A stretch of DNA of 37,039 bases from Phoronis australis (taxonomy: Eukaryota; Animalia; Phoronida): NCBI GenBank assembly GCA_002633005.1, contig NMRA01001098.1, positions 1 through 37,039 on the forward strand, given 5' to 3'. The notes under the pieces are model-generated. The model was not told the DNA's origin. It searched no databases and saw only the letters and a program-made list of their open reading frames with translations. Of this stretch, positions 11,928-22,157 are shown in pieces. A program made the translations under genes and the position numbers. Numbering within the stretch: the stretch's first letter is position 1; each line of letters begins with the position of its first letter.

Positions 11928-13211
11928 ATGATGAGTGGCGGTGAGAAAAAAGCAACAGTTGGTCAGTTATTGGTGAGTTTTACCATTGGTCACCAAAGTG
12001 CCGTACTGTACGACTGTGTTATAACCGAGTTGCCTATCCTAGTCCAGAGACTACCTGAATATTGGGACTTACCCGCTGTTTTGGGGTTTGGGTATACTTT
12101 AGTGACCGCGCTTGTGTCCGGAATCGTTTTAGCACTGGTGAAGTTAACGACTTCCATTGCCGTTCTCCACAGACACAGACCGGCGCTGCTATTAAGTTTG
12201 GGGTGTCTCAAGGTCATTCTTTTAATTTTAATGATGACTTTCTGGAACAGCACATCAACAGTTTACGGGAAAAAGTACAGCATCGCGTTTTACATAATCT
12301 GGATTTTGATGGTCTCTGTAATGACCTTAGACTTTTTATTTGGTCTGCCATACGTTGGCACGCTTCCTCAAAAGTGTGTACTTGCATTCTATGTCGGAAA
12401 TGGTTGTAGTGGCACCATTTACGGATTCATCACCTTTTTGCAAGGTGCAGGTGAATTCGACTGCGTTAATAAAACGCAAAATGCAACAAAGTCTTCTACG
12501 AACTCCGAGACTAGCGAGAACTTTGACAGCACAAAAGACTGGAATGATAGCTTGGATCTCATACACGGGCAAGAAGAAGTGGTTTTTAGACCGCCGTTGT
12601 TTACCGTGGAAACCTACTTTGGCATCGTACTAGGCATCTCCTTATGCTGCTGCGCTTTACTTCTCGGTCACGTGGTTTCCCTTCGTCTACAACCGTCGAA
12701 TGATGAAGTAGAAACCACAGAGCTCATAAACCAAGATGGTGCGGATGCAAGCAATGGCGAAGGAGGTGATAAACAGTTAGCAGAGACTGACAATCGTAAG
12801 GAGTTGAAATACCAGACCTGTGAAATAGCTAAACAAATGTCAGAGGAACAAAATGCAGCAATTACGACTCCAGAAAGGAATCTCGTTAGCAACTGCAGAG
12901 TGAATGCGATTATAGTAACTGTGTATGCCTGTTTGTTAAAAGGACTTACTCACGGTGCCTCCCAACCGATGATGACGTATGCAGCATTGCCGTATGGTAT
13001 CCCAACTTTCGATCTATGTCGGCGGCTTTCATCTGCCGTGGAACCTCTTGGAAGTATCCTGTGCGCCCTCTTCCTCACCAAGTCTATTCAGGCATTGTCT
13101 TTGATCTTTGTAACGTATGCGACACTCTGTCTATACATTTGTATAGTAGCCGTTATGAGCCCTACGCCTCCAATGGTTTCCACACAACCTGAAATTGGTA
13201 GTGGCTTAGTG
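11928..13211 (+). CDS. SLC52-family (riboflavin transporter-like) gene, coding exon 1 (428 codons)
   Basis: Multi-TM ORF with SLC52 signatures ELPILVQRLPEYWDLP, FYVGNGCSG, LQGAG..C, RPPLFTVETYF, TYAALPYG and AVMSPTPP. Phase-0 donor GTG|GTAAGT at 13211/13212. First ATG at 11928; the ORF-track TTG start is not used in eukaryotes. Confidence 0.9.
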
Positions 13212-14142
13212 GTAAGTATCCTGGCCGCGCACGTTCAGTAACGCTAGGACCTACGCTAGGATCTAACCAAAGTCACGTGTTCTCATTCAAAATACACGGC
13301 AATATCTCTCGTTACTGAACGGGAGGCTGGTCTAAACGCACATGGCTTATATCTCAGCGGAATATAACAAATCAGTTGATACTAATACAGTTTACACATA
13401 GCATACTTACCACTATTGCGCCATGCAGTCGTCTTCCTACGGACATAGATCATAGAAAACGGATTCGCAACTCCGATATTTTCGTATGGAATTACGAAAT
13501 GAGGCCCCAGTTTTCCGTTAGTAAGCAGACGACTGGGTCTAAGGCCACGGTTCGGGCCACCCAAAAGTGACAAAATTGGCGTGTGTCGGGTTTGACAGCA
13601 AATTTGTGGACCAAACGTGAAGCTACTGCCAACATTAGCACTCAATAATTTCTTGGAGTTGTTTTGAGTAAATAAAGTCCAGAAATTAGTTCCCTGCTTT
13701 TATTTACAGATGTACCGGCTGTTTCAGAGCGCTTCCTTTTACAGTTGGGAATTTTTGGCACGAATTTAAGTACCCTTCAGACAAGAGGAAATTGACAAAA
13801 ATCTGGTTGATAATGACATAGTTTAACCTAAATTTCTAGAATCTAGAGTGCATGATCAATTCGATTCTTCTCCTATCTTGCAATACGGCACTTGTGAATC
13901 TGTGATTTTAGGCACAAAAGGTCAAATCGCAATTTTTGGTCATATTTTTGTCATCTAATTGGATACAGTGGGTGTTACAGGGCAAAAAGAAGTGGCTCTG
14001 TAGAGTTTCTTCACCTTTGAAAAACCCCATCTAGTGAGCTTTCTGTGAGTTATGCATATTGATGTGTATTGGGACAAGAGCTTGTATTGACCAAACCAGT
14101 GATAACGTCAAAACCAGCCACTCGAATTGTAGTCTTTGCCCC

Positions 14143-14626
14143 TAGCCTCTTTTCCAAGCCTCAAGGTGACGCTGGTCGGTTTAGTCATTTGAGGTTTGGT
14201 TGGTTATGGGAAATACGTTCTGCGCAATTATTGGCCGTTGCGTTGACGTCATTAAGACAAAGGCATATTTTAATTATTTTCACAGGCGTTGTTGATGCCA
14301 TTCATGAAGCAGAAGGCAATGTTTTCGTTATTGTGTGAAATAAATGTTGTTCTAGAACTAATTTTCAATTGTTTTTTATTCATAATATCATAGAAATTAA
14401 TCTGTTTTCGAATTAAAGTACACCATTTTGCAATAATTTAGACATATATTATTGCACTATACCGTTAGTTTTCATTTTTATATGATGCTGCAGAAATTTT
14501 TAAAATTGATATAACTTGATATTACTCGTGATTTTCCGTAAAACATGAGTCACCTTTCATTTTCCATAACCTAGTCTCAAATGGCTAAACCGATCAGTGC
14601 GATCTTGAGGCTTGGGGACGAGGCTG
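14143..14626. mobile_element. Intronic non-autonomous element with YAG termini, about 70-bp imperfect TIR and 10-bp TSD (AcademH-like)
   Basis: tagcctcttttccaagcctcaag...ggtcggtttagtcatttgag versus ctcaaatggctaaaccgatc...cttgaggcttggggacgaggctg. TSD tctttgcccc at 14133-14142 and 14627-14636. Confidence 0.8.
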
Positions 14627-14824
14627 TCTTTGCCCCTTACTTACCGAAAGTAAAACTCTGACTCACTCCAGGCACTTCTAGTGAATAGTGACTTCTCGGC
14701 TAAAAGGTGTTGGTCGCGCCTTGCGTGCACGATCACAAATTTTGTCCATTGACAATATACAGATTTAGGTCATATGGCGATATAAAATGTTTATCAGTTT
14801 GGTTCATACTCTGAAGACAAAGAC

Positions 14825-16040
14825 TTTTTATGCGCCCACATATTTATATGTGGATGCATTATGCCGTCATCTCCGTCCGGCGTCCGGTGTCCGGCGTCCG
14901 CTGCTCTATCTCCAAAACGCCTTGATGTATGGTCATGAAATTTTGCACATGTGTTCCTTCCGTGGATGGGAGGCATGAGCGAACTTTCGGACGGATCCGA
15001 CTACCCGTGTGCCCCCTAGTGGCAATTTTAGTTTTTTACGTTTACCTCTGTATCTTCAAAAGTCCTGAAGGGATTTTCATAAAATTTGGTATATAGGCAC
15101 CTATTCGTGAGATGAAGTCATACTCCCGTTTTCGGATGGAGTCGACGTAGTTTGCGCCACCTGGTGGCCATTTTTACTGTTTTCGAGTCTGTTTTTTGCG
15201 TCCACCCCTCTTTCAACCAAACCACTAATGGATGATTGTGAAAATTGGCATGTATGTTCTTACTATAAAGTCGACAGCTGACGATGATTTTCTGACGACT
15301 TCGATTACTGTGGCGCCTCCTGGTGGCAGTTTTTTTTCGCCTATGGCTGTATCTCCTAAACCGTGTGCATGATCTTTACTAAATTTAGTAAGGGCATTTA
15401 TATAATGTTAACGACAGAGGACGACGACTTTCGGACAGATGTGACAACTGGTGTGCCACCTTGTGGCAATTTTATTTTTTTACGTTTACCTCTGTATATT
15501 CAAAGGTCCTCAACGTATTTTCATAAAATTTGGCATACAGGCATCTGTTAATGAGATGACCGTCGCTATCTCTCCGTTTTCAGATGGATTCGACCTAGTT
15601 TGCACCACCTGTTTTCGAATCTGTTTTTGGCGTCCAATCGTCTATCAACCAAACCGCTTTCAGGATAATTGTGAAAATTGGCATGCATGTTTCTACTATG
15701 AAGTGGATGGCTGATTATGATTTTCCGAGGACCTATTAGTGAGATGACACTGTCCTCCCGTTTTCGGATGGATTCAAGGTAGTTTGCACCACCTAGTGGC
15801 CATTTTACTGTTTTTGAGTCTGTTTTTTTTGCGTCCACCCCTCTATCAACCAAACCGCTCAAGGGATGATTGTGAAAGTTGGAGCGTATGTTCTTACTAT
15901 GAAGTGGACGGCTGATGATGATTTTCCGCCGATTTCGACTACTGTGGCGTCTCCTAGTGGCAGTTTTTTGCGCCTATGGCTGTATCTTTTAAACCGAAAA
16001 AATGTGAGGTATGTACATGTATGCTCAGACATGTCTGTTT
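14825..16040 (+). mobile_element. Helentron-associated non-autonomous element (HINE/DINE-1-like) carrying a 140-160-bp satellite array
   Basis: T-run start; 5' palindrome ccacatatttatatgtgg (14836-14853); (C/T)GTCCGG microsatellite at about 14874-14900; about 7-8 diverged monomers; 3' degenerate subTIR plus hairpin acatgt-atgctcag-acatgt, then ctgttt. Confidence 0.75.
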
Positions 16041-16744
16041 CTATTATTTTTCAAGTGTTTTGTATCATCCTCTGTGATTTTGAATCGTGGAATTACCAGA
16101 TAGCTTGAAAGGTGCACTTGTATTCAAGCTAATTTGTTCTCACAGCTAAGCAGTGAACTTCCCTTTCAGTTTATACCGTTAATTAGGGGTTCAGCAATAC
16201 CAGTTTACATCAAATGTCTGTTGTCATTTTTTCATGTCTACCTGTCTTTTTCTAGTACTTAGTAAGTACTTAAGGTAGTAGGCATAGTCTATGCTAATTT
16301 TAACACATTGCTTTCCATATATGTCTGTCTACTGCTGCATTATTGACTGGTGTATTCTTTGTGTTACTTCGAGACTATGAAGGAAAAGTTCCAAGTAGAA
16401 ATTTGTTTCTGGCATTCTAATGCTGTGGTAGTCTCGTATGTTGGCAAATTTGTTTTTAATTCTATGTTTCTGTGGTGCTTTAAGCAACTTCTGCTGATGC
16501 ATACGATGTGCTTGTATTATGAAGATCACTCACATTTTGCCCCCAGTCTATTGAGGAGACAGTAACCATGCCTTTCGATTTTGCAAAGTACAACATACTA
16601 CATATATGCTCTCTACTGGCTACTTCATGGTACCAATAAACAACCCTAGAAGGATACCGTATACGGTGCAATTGTGGGCGCATTTCAACGCTCTGCGTTG
16701 CTCTTGTTGGTCTTGCAATGGGTTACTTATTTCATATTTTTCAG

Positions 16745-16966
16745 GTTTCGTCGTACATTTTGTTGACAATGATCAAGTGTTACTTACGGCCTGCTTTCGG
16801 AACCATCGCTGCTGAACTGGGACAAAACACGTTGAAATATTATAGCTTGGCGCAAGATATATCCGTTGTAGTACTAGCGATTCCATCATTTGTCTGCATC
16901 GGCGTGCTGAAGCTGTTGACCGATATTCCTCAATGTTCGCAGCAGAAATCACGAATAGATATTTGA
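16745..16966 (+). CDS. SLC52-family gene, terminal coding exon (73 aa + stop)
   Basis: Acceptor catatttttcag|GTT, phase 0, in frame with the 13211 donor. VSSYILLTMIKCYLR...PSFVCIGVLKLLTDIPQC matches the last two TMs of the SLC52 family. Confidence 0.88.
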   Translation, partial: VSSYILLTMIKCYLRPAFGTIAAELGQNTLKYYSLAQDISVVVLAIPSFVCIGVLKLLTDIPQCSQQKSRIDI

Positions 16967-19148
16967 ATTAACCCATCATTCTGTTGAAAGGCATGCACTG
17001 ACAAGGAGCAGTGATGTGGTATTTTTGATTTAGAGATAGCTGACGTGTCTGCAGTGAATTCGGGTGGTTATAGTGCCAAGTAAGTGACGTCAGTTATTCT
17101 GGTAATCAGACTGCTGTTGTTGAGATTCAAAATAGAAAACGCCTGCTCCCTCTTCCTATTCCAGGTGAAATTAAATTCTTTGAAAACAGACACGTCATCT
17201 TTTGAGGTGAAGGTGTCTCTTCGTAGAAAACACGATCAGAATAGTTAAGGCATTAATCTCCTGGTTAAGCTGCCTACCCACTGGCTTTATTAAGCCATTT
17301 TTAAGAACCTTGCAAATATAAGAAACGAACCAGTCAAAATCCACACTTGTAATCTAAAGTAGAATTACGACACAATTCCGATTGGTTTGTAGCACAAAAC
17401 ACGTAAAAATTCTTCCTTTAGATTATTTTTGATAAGCTTTTAAATTCACGTTCTTAACTGAACTGTTCATGAAATAGCAGAAAATCAAAATTTTGACGAT
17501 TTATTAATGAAAGTGCTGCCTCGTTCTCACGACTGGAGAAATCTATCCTATACAGACAAGATCCGGCAAAATTCTGAAAAGGATAAAAGCTGCTCCTGGT
17601 TCCTCAAAGACTCATCAGTCTCACTCTATATAGATTACTATATGACGTTAACAGCATTTGCTCACTTATTTTGAGTTCACGTGGAAATGGGAGAGAAATT
17701 TTTGACGATGTGGTGTAAATCGCTTTCTTGTTCACAATCTATGTTTTATTCGCGATATGATTCATTAAAAGTATAAGTTGAAAGCTCAGTAAACCTTTGG
17801 TAAGTCCAAGAAATTAACTTCTGACCTAGTCCGTTCATCGCTATAAACTTGTTCTCAACTTGACACGCAGGGAGTTTCGATAATTCAAATAATTGACAGT
17901 TCGTCATTACTGGAGGCCATAGTCGGCTCGTAAAACGACGCAAGTCAATATGAAAAGTCTAATCTCAAGCAACAACGAGGTTTCAATTATTTTCAAGTCC
18001 GAAAGTCAGATCTATTTTGACCAAGGACAAGTTGAGACTAATTTCAAAACAGTAATACAAGTGGCCTAATTAATAAAAATTGAAAGTCTCAGAAAGCGGT
18101 TTTGTAAAGGGCGAAGCGATACAGAGGGGTATTTGCAGAAGGACAACAAAAATGGCCGTAATCTGACATCACTACGTGCCAAAATCGACTGACAAGTTTA
18201 GAAACTTTGTCTGTGTAAGCTGTTAAAGTTTCATTTACTGTTTAGTAAAGACATGTCTTTTGGAAAGACATTTCTTTAGTAAAATGAACGATACGAATAA
18301 AAAGTACAAATAAAAATAAATGTTAAAAACCAGAGAACTTGTAAAACTGGTCCAACAAATTCCTAGAATAGTTGAGTGATTCGTTGGAGCCATCCAAACA
18401 TTGAATTGTATAATGCACATACTGCAAATGTTTGAACTCCAATGAACCTATATTGATATCTTATACTTTAGTTTTAGCGAAATATTGTGGCCATAAATCG
18501 GCACAAATAACGAACAGGTGGAGAAAGAGGGTCCCCTTGACGGCAGGCGCGACCAATTTCAAAAAAACTGTGACGAAACGTCATGTTGAATAGTACAAAC
18601 TTTTACACCCTTGTTCAGCAAGCAATCCCAAATTATGAAATTTTTTGACAAAATTGAAAAAACTCAGTGTTTTATATAAATTTCCATGAAACAGTATCAA
18701 GTGTTTTTTCGAAGTCTACCGATACTAACACACCTGGGATACTATGTTCATCTGTGAAACGAAGTAGATCATATATTGTTCTCGTATTTTCACCAATAAA
18801 TCGTCCCTTTATAAATACCGATTGATTGTTGCTTATTAGTTTACTTATGATTGAATTAATACGTTGGGCGAGATACCCCGAAAGAATCTTGTAGCTCGTA
18901 CTAAAAGGGAAATAGGGCGCCAATAGCCAAGATGTCCTATTGGTTTTTTCCCTTTAGGAATAATAGAAATTACATCTTGATGTTGGCTATCAGGTAAGCA
19001 GCCGAATTCGAAACTTCTTTCGAACGATCTCACCATGAGACAGAAATGAAAAACTCGGATGAGAAGCCACCAGGACCTGTTTTTGTTTTTGTTTTTCATA
19101 TTATCGCAAAGTCTCCTTGACTGAAATTTCTTTCTCGAGCGCATCGTG

Positions 19149-19398
19149 TTCGTGCCCTGTGAACTTGGGAAACCTTGCTGATAATTCGTACCCTGTGAAC
19201 TTGGGATACCTTGCTAATAATTCGTACACTGTGAACTTGGGATACCTTGCTAATAATTCGTACCCTGTGAACTTGGGATACCTTGCTAATAATTCGTACA
19301 CTGTGAACTTGGGATACCTTGCTAATAATTCGTACACTGTGAACTTGGGATACCTTGCTAATAATTCGTACACTGTGAATTTGGGATCCTTGCTGATA
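19149..19398. repeat. 36-bp minisatellite, 7 copies, inside L1 ORF2
   Basis: Unit ttcgtac(a/c)ctgtgaacttgggataccttgctaataa, which reads YPKFT(V/G)YELLAR on the minus strand. Confidence 0.95.
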
Positions 19399-19797
19399 TT
19401 AGCGAACACAGCGCGGGATCGTATTACGCGGCCCCTCATAAGAACCTGTCGAAGATTTTCTAACTCCTTATCGGTCTATTTGAGGATTTCCTCAAATAAC
19501 TCAGAGTGGCTGTTTTGCTTTAACTCCAATGGAAAACGTCTTTTGTTTTCTAAAACAGTCACTTGTTTGTTAAGTTGGGCCGATTTCTTTTACAAAAATA
19601 ATTTGTTTCACATTTCATTATCATTACTAATACTTCAAAAAATAAAGCATCTTCAATGGAAGATTGTATCTCATCATGAGGAATAGCCGATAAGTTATCC
19701 TTGTTATGAAAAATAATTGCGTATTCCTCGATAACGTTGATTATGGTTTTCTTTACCAAGTTAACACAATCCCCATCAGATAAAAGAGAGTTATTAA

Positions 19798-22157
19798 ATG
19801 AGAATGCCACCCGATTCAATTAGTCATTTTACTGCTTTAATCGGTGTATATCCACGTCACCTCGTATACCGTCGGTCTTACCTCGTCGAGAAGTGTCGCG
19901 TTAACCTGTGAGGAAGGTGAGAAACGACGCAGCGACGGCAGTGGTTCTTCTGCAGAGTGAGTGCTGCTATGGTGTGATGTATCGTTGTCGCTTATGCGAA
20001 CTATGAAGCTGTCAGGAAAGCGGGTATATCGTTTTTTCGATTTCTTCGAAAGCCCATAATGCTTCGGAAGAGGCTCGCGGCAGTGAAGAATGAAAAGTAC
20101 GCCGTTAATACCAAATATGAGGCCGTGAAACTTCTCCGCGTCTGTTAGTGGCCGGCATTTCCCCGACGGTGATTTCACTGACTATCGAATGTCGGCTTAT
20201 CAAACAGCTCATGCCAGCGCAGAAAAAGAGACTGAGGCTGAAGTCAGATGTTGTGCCTAGTGTGTTTGCGTTCGACAGGCAGGAGACAGAGAAACGCAGT
20301 TCGGTTGATGATTAGATTTTGATTATGGAGAATTATAGTTGGCCATGAAAACATAAACAATTACAATTAATTCAAGGCGTGAGAACATAACGTTTTACAG
20401 AACCTGTTACTGCAAATTTGTTTTAAATTGCGGTTTCTGTATTTATTTTTATTTTGACATTTTTCGTGTTCTATTTTGTGACACGAATTTTGCAGTTCAA
20501 TAGAGAAGTGATCATGTGACAGATTCTGAATTATCTGATTGGTCTAAGCCATTGTTTACAAATTCTGCCAGCCTAATTTCTGTGTCCTTCTAGATATTTC
20601 TTATGTCACATAGTTTCATCTACACCAGCGTGGCTTATGAACTATCAAGTCCTGTAATTACTGTTTGAAACTGAAAAGTTTTGCCAACTTAGTCTTGTGA
20701 TTGATGTATTCTATAGTTTAAAGTAGGTTATTTATGACTTTCATTCTTCCATGCTAACAGTTGGGGCATGAGCCACATATTTTCGTCTTGACTTTTTCCA
20801 TTAGCGTTGGAATTCATATTTTTTGTTAGAATTAAATGTGTATGCATTTCAGGCTTTCCAGAGTCTATGGATCGATTTTCAAATTCTTTTCGTAATTTTG
20901 TATCGTAAATATAAGAATTGAAAATAATTCTATAGCTCTCCCTGCAGCAAACCAAGAATCAGCTCCTGCCACTCACACTGCCAATTTTGCATCATTATCT
21001 TTGTTATTTTAATTTTAAAAAATATATCTTTTGTTGCATCTAATTGCCTTCATTGTTGTTGCTGAAATAGATGTCAGGTACTGCTTAAAATAACTGCGTT
21101 TTGCCAACACGATACAGTTACAGGGCATCTTGTGATAATAATGTTTACTTTCGATCTGTTGAGGTATGGTTTAGATTGAAATGTGTATTTAGGTCAGTAA
21201 AATTTTCCTCTTTTTTGTCATGGCTCATTACAAGACCCGTCAGATAGACCGGGCACCGAAGCAGTACGTGTGAGCGCATGATAACTCAGTGTTTGCTGAC
21301 AGAAAGCTGTCAGATACAATAACTGATTTTATATCCTATGGTCAGATGTTAGGGGAATCTTTATTTAGGTACATATATTCATATACGTTATTCGAATCAT
21401 TGTTGCTGTACAACTTTTACCATGACGGTTCTGTAGAAGGCCGGTAACCTGACTTCGCGGCCGGCCCCCGACGAGCTAGTAAGTAGATTTGCAGTTTCGC
21501 TGCTAATTCACCAAAACATTCGCGTTCACATTATTTCATTAGCTCACTAGTGTAGTCGTGTAGTCTTTTCGTGACGAGAACTTTTAGTTTCCAACTTTGG
21601 CTGGTTTATGTTCGTGATGTCTTCAGTCCGACGGCGATGGGCCTGATCGGGTTTCGAGGCACTGGCGGGGATAGCAGGCGTTTTGTGAGTTTCGAACTGA
21701 AAAAATCACAAGTCTAAATTTACAACACATAACTATGTTCTCCTGTCAGTCTTTCACGGACGAATAATTGGAATTTATCATCGAACCCCAAACTCCCGCG
21801 ACCGACCTTGGAAAATTGGCCTACTGAAATCTGTTGGCTACGGTAGTTCAAATACCTAAAAATCCGTAACGGCGAAATAAAACAACACGGTTGTTCAATA
21901 ACGCGATGTATTTGTATGGGTTTCACATCGAGTTTTGATGATCTGTTGGTATAAAACAACGAACTCAAGCGAAAAGCTGACACCAGTAAGCGTGTTGTGA
22001 ACTGCTGAACAGACTGCGTTCGAACCTCAGACGTCATTGGTTAATTTCAACACCGCCGTCAGGTGTCAGGTAACACAGCTGTACTTGCTGTTATCGTGTG
22101 GAACTACTCGGTCTAAACTGATACAAAATAGGTTGTTTTTTTGGGTGGCATTCTCCT
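19798..22157 (+). mobile_element. Kolobok-type DNA transposon, internally deleted copy A, with decayed THAP domain
   Basis: TTAA at 19794-19797 and 22158-22161. TIR a(g/t)gagaatgccaccc. Removal restores the L1 motif WLFNNSLL. The + strand at about 19965-20270 reads KAGISFFRF...LRVC/GRHFPDGDF...LRLKSDVVPSVF (THAP). Confidence 0.85.

Noticed and set aside
11874-13241. 455-aa ORF as a complete single-exon protein
   Set aside because: The TTG start is not eukaryotic, and the tail VSILAAHVQ is intron read-through past a GTAAGT donor. The true C-terminus is at 16745-16966.
14787-16108. Several short ORFs in the SLC52 intron as extra exons
   Set aside because: They derive from the satellite monomers, and the two SLC52 exons already join without a gap in family homology.
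19101-19686. Repeat-protein ORFs (YPKFTVYELLAR / NLGYLANNSY) or a CRISPR-like array
   Set aside because: These are head-to-tail 36-bp units with no unique spacers, inside an L1 remnant. It is a minisatellite with no cas genes in a eukaryotic context.
19837-20178. Paralogous minus-strand ORFs (19837-20178 and 23586-23840) as a novel conserved small protein
   Set aside because: They are antisense shadows of the decayed + strand THAP domains in two copies of the same transposon.
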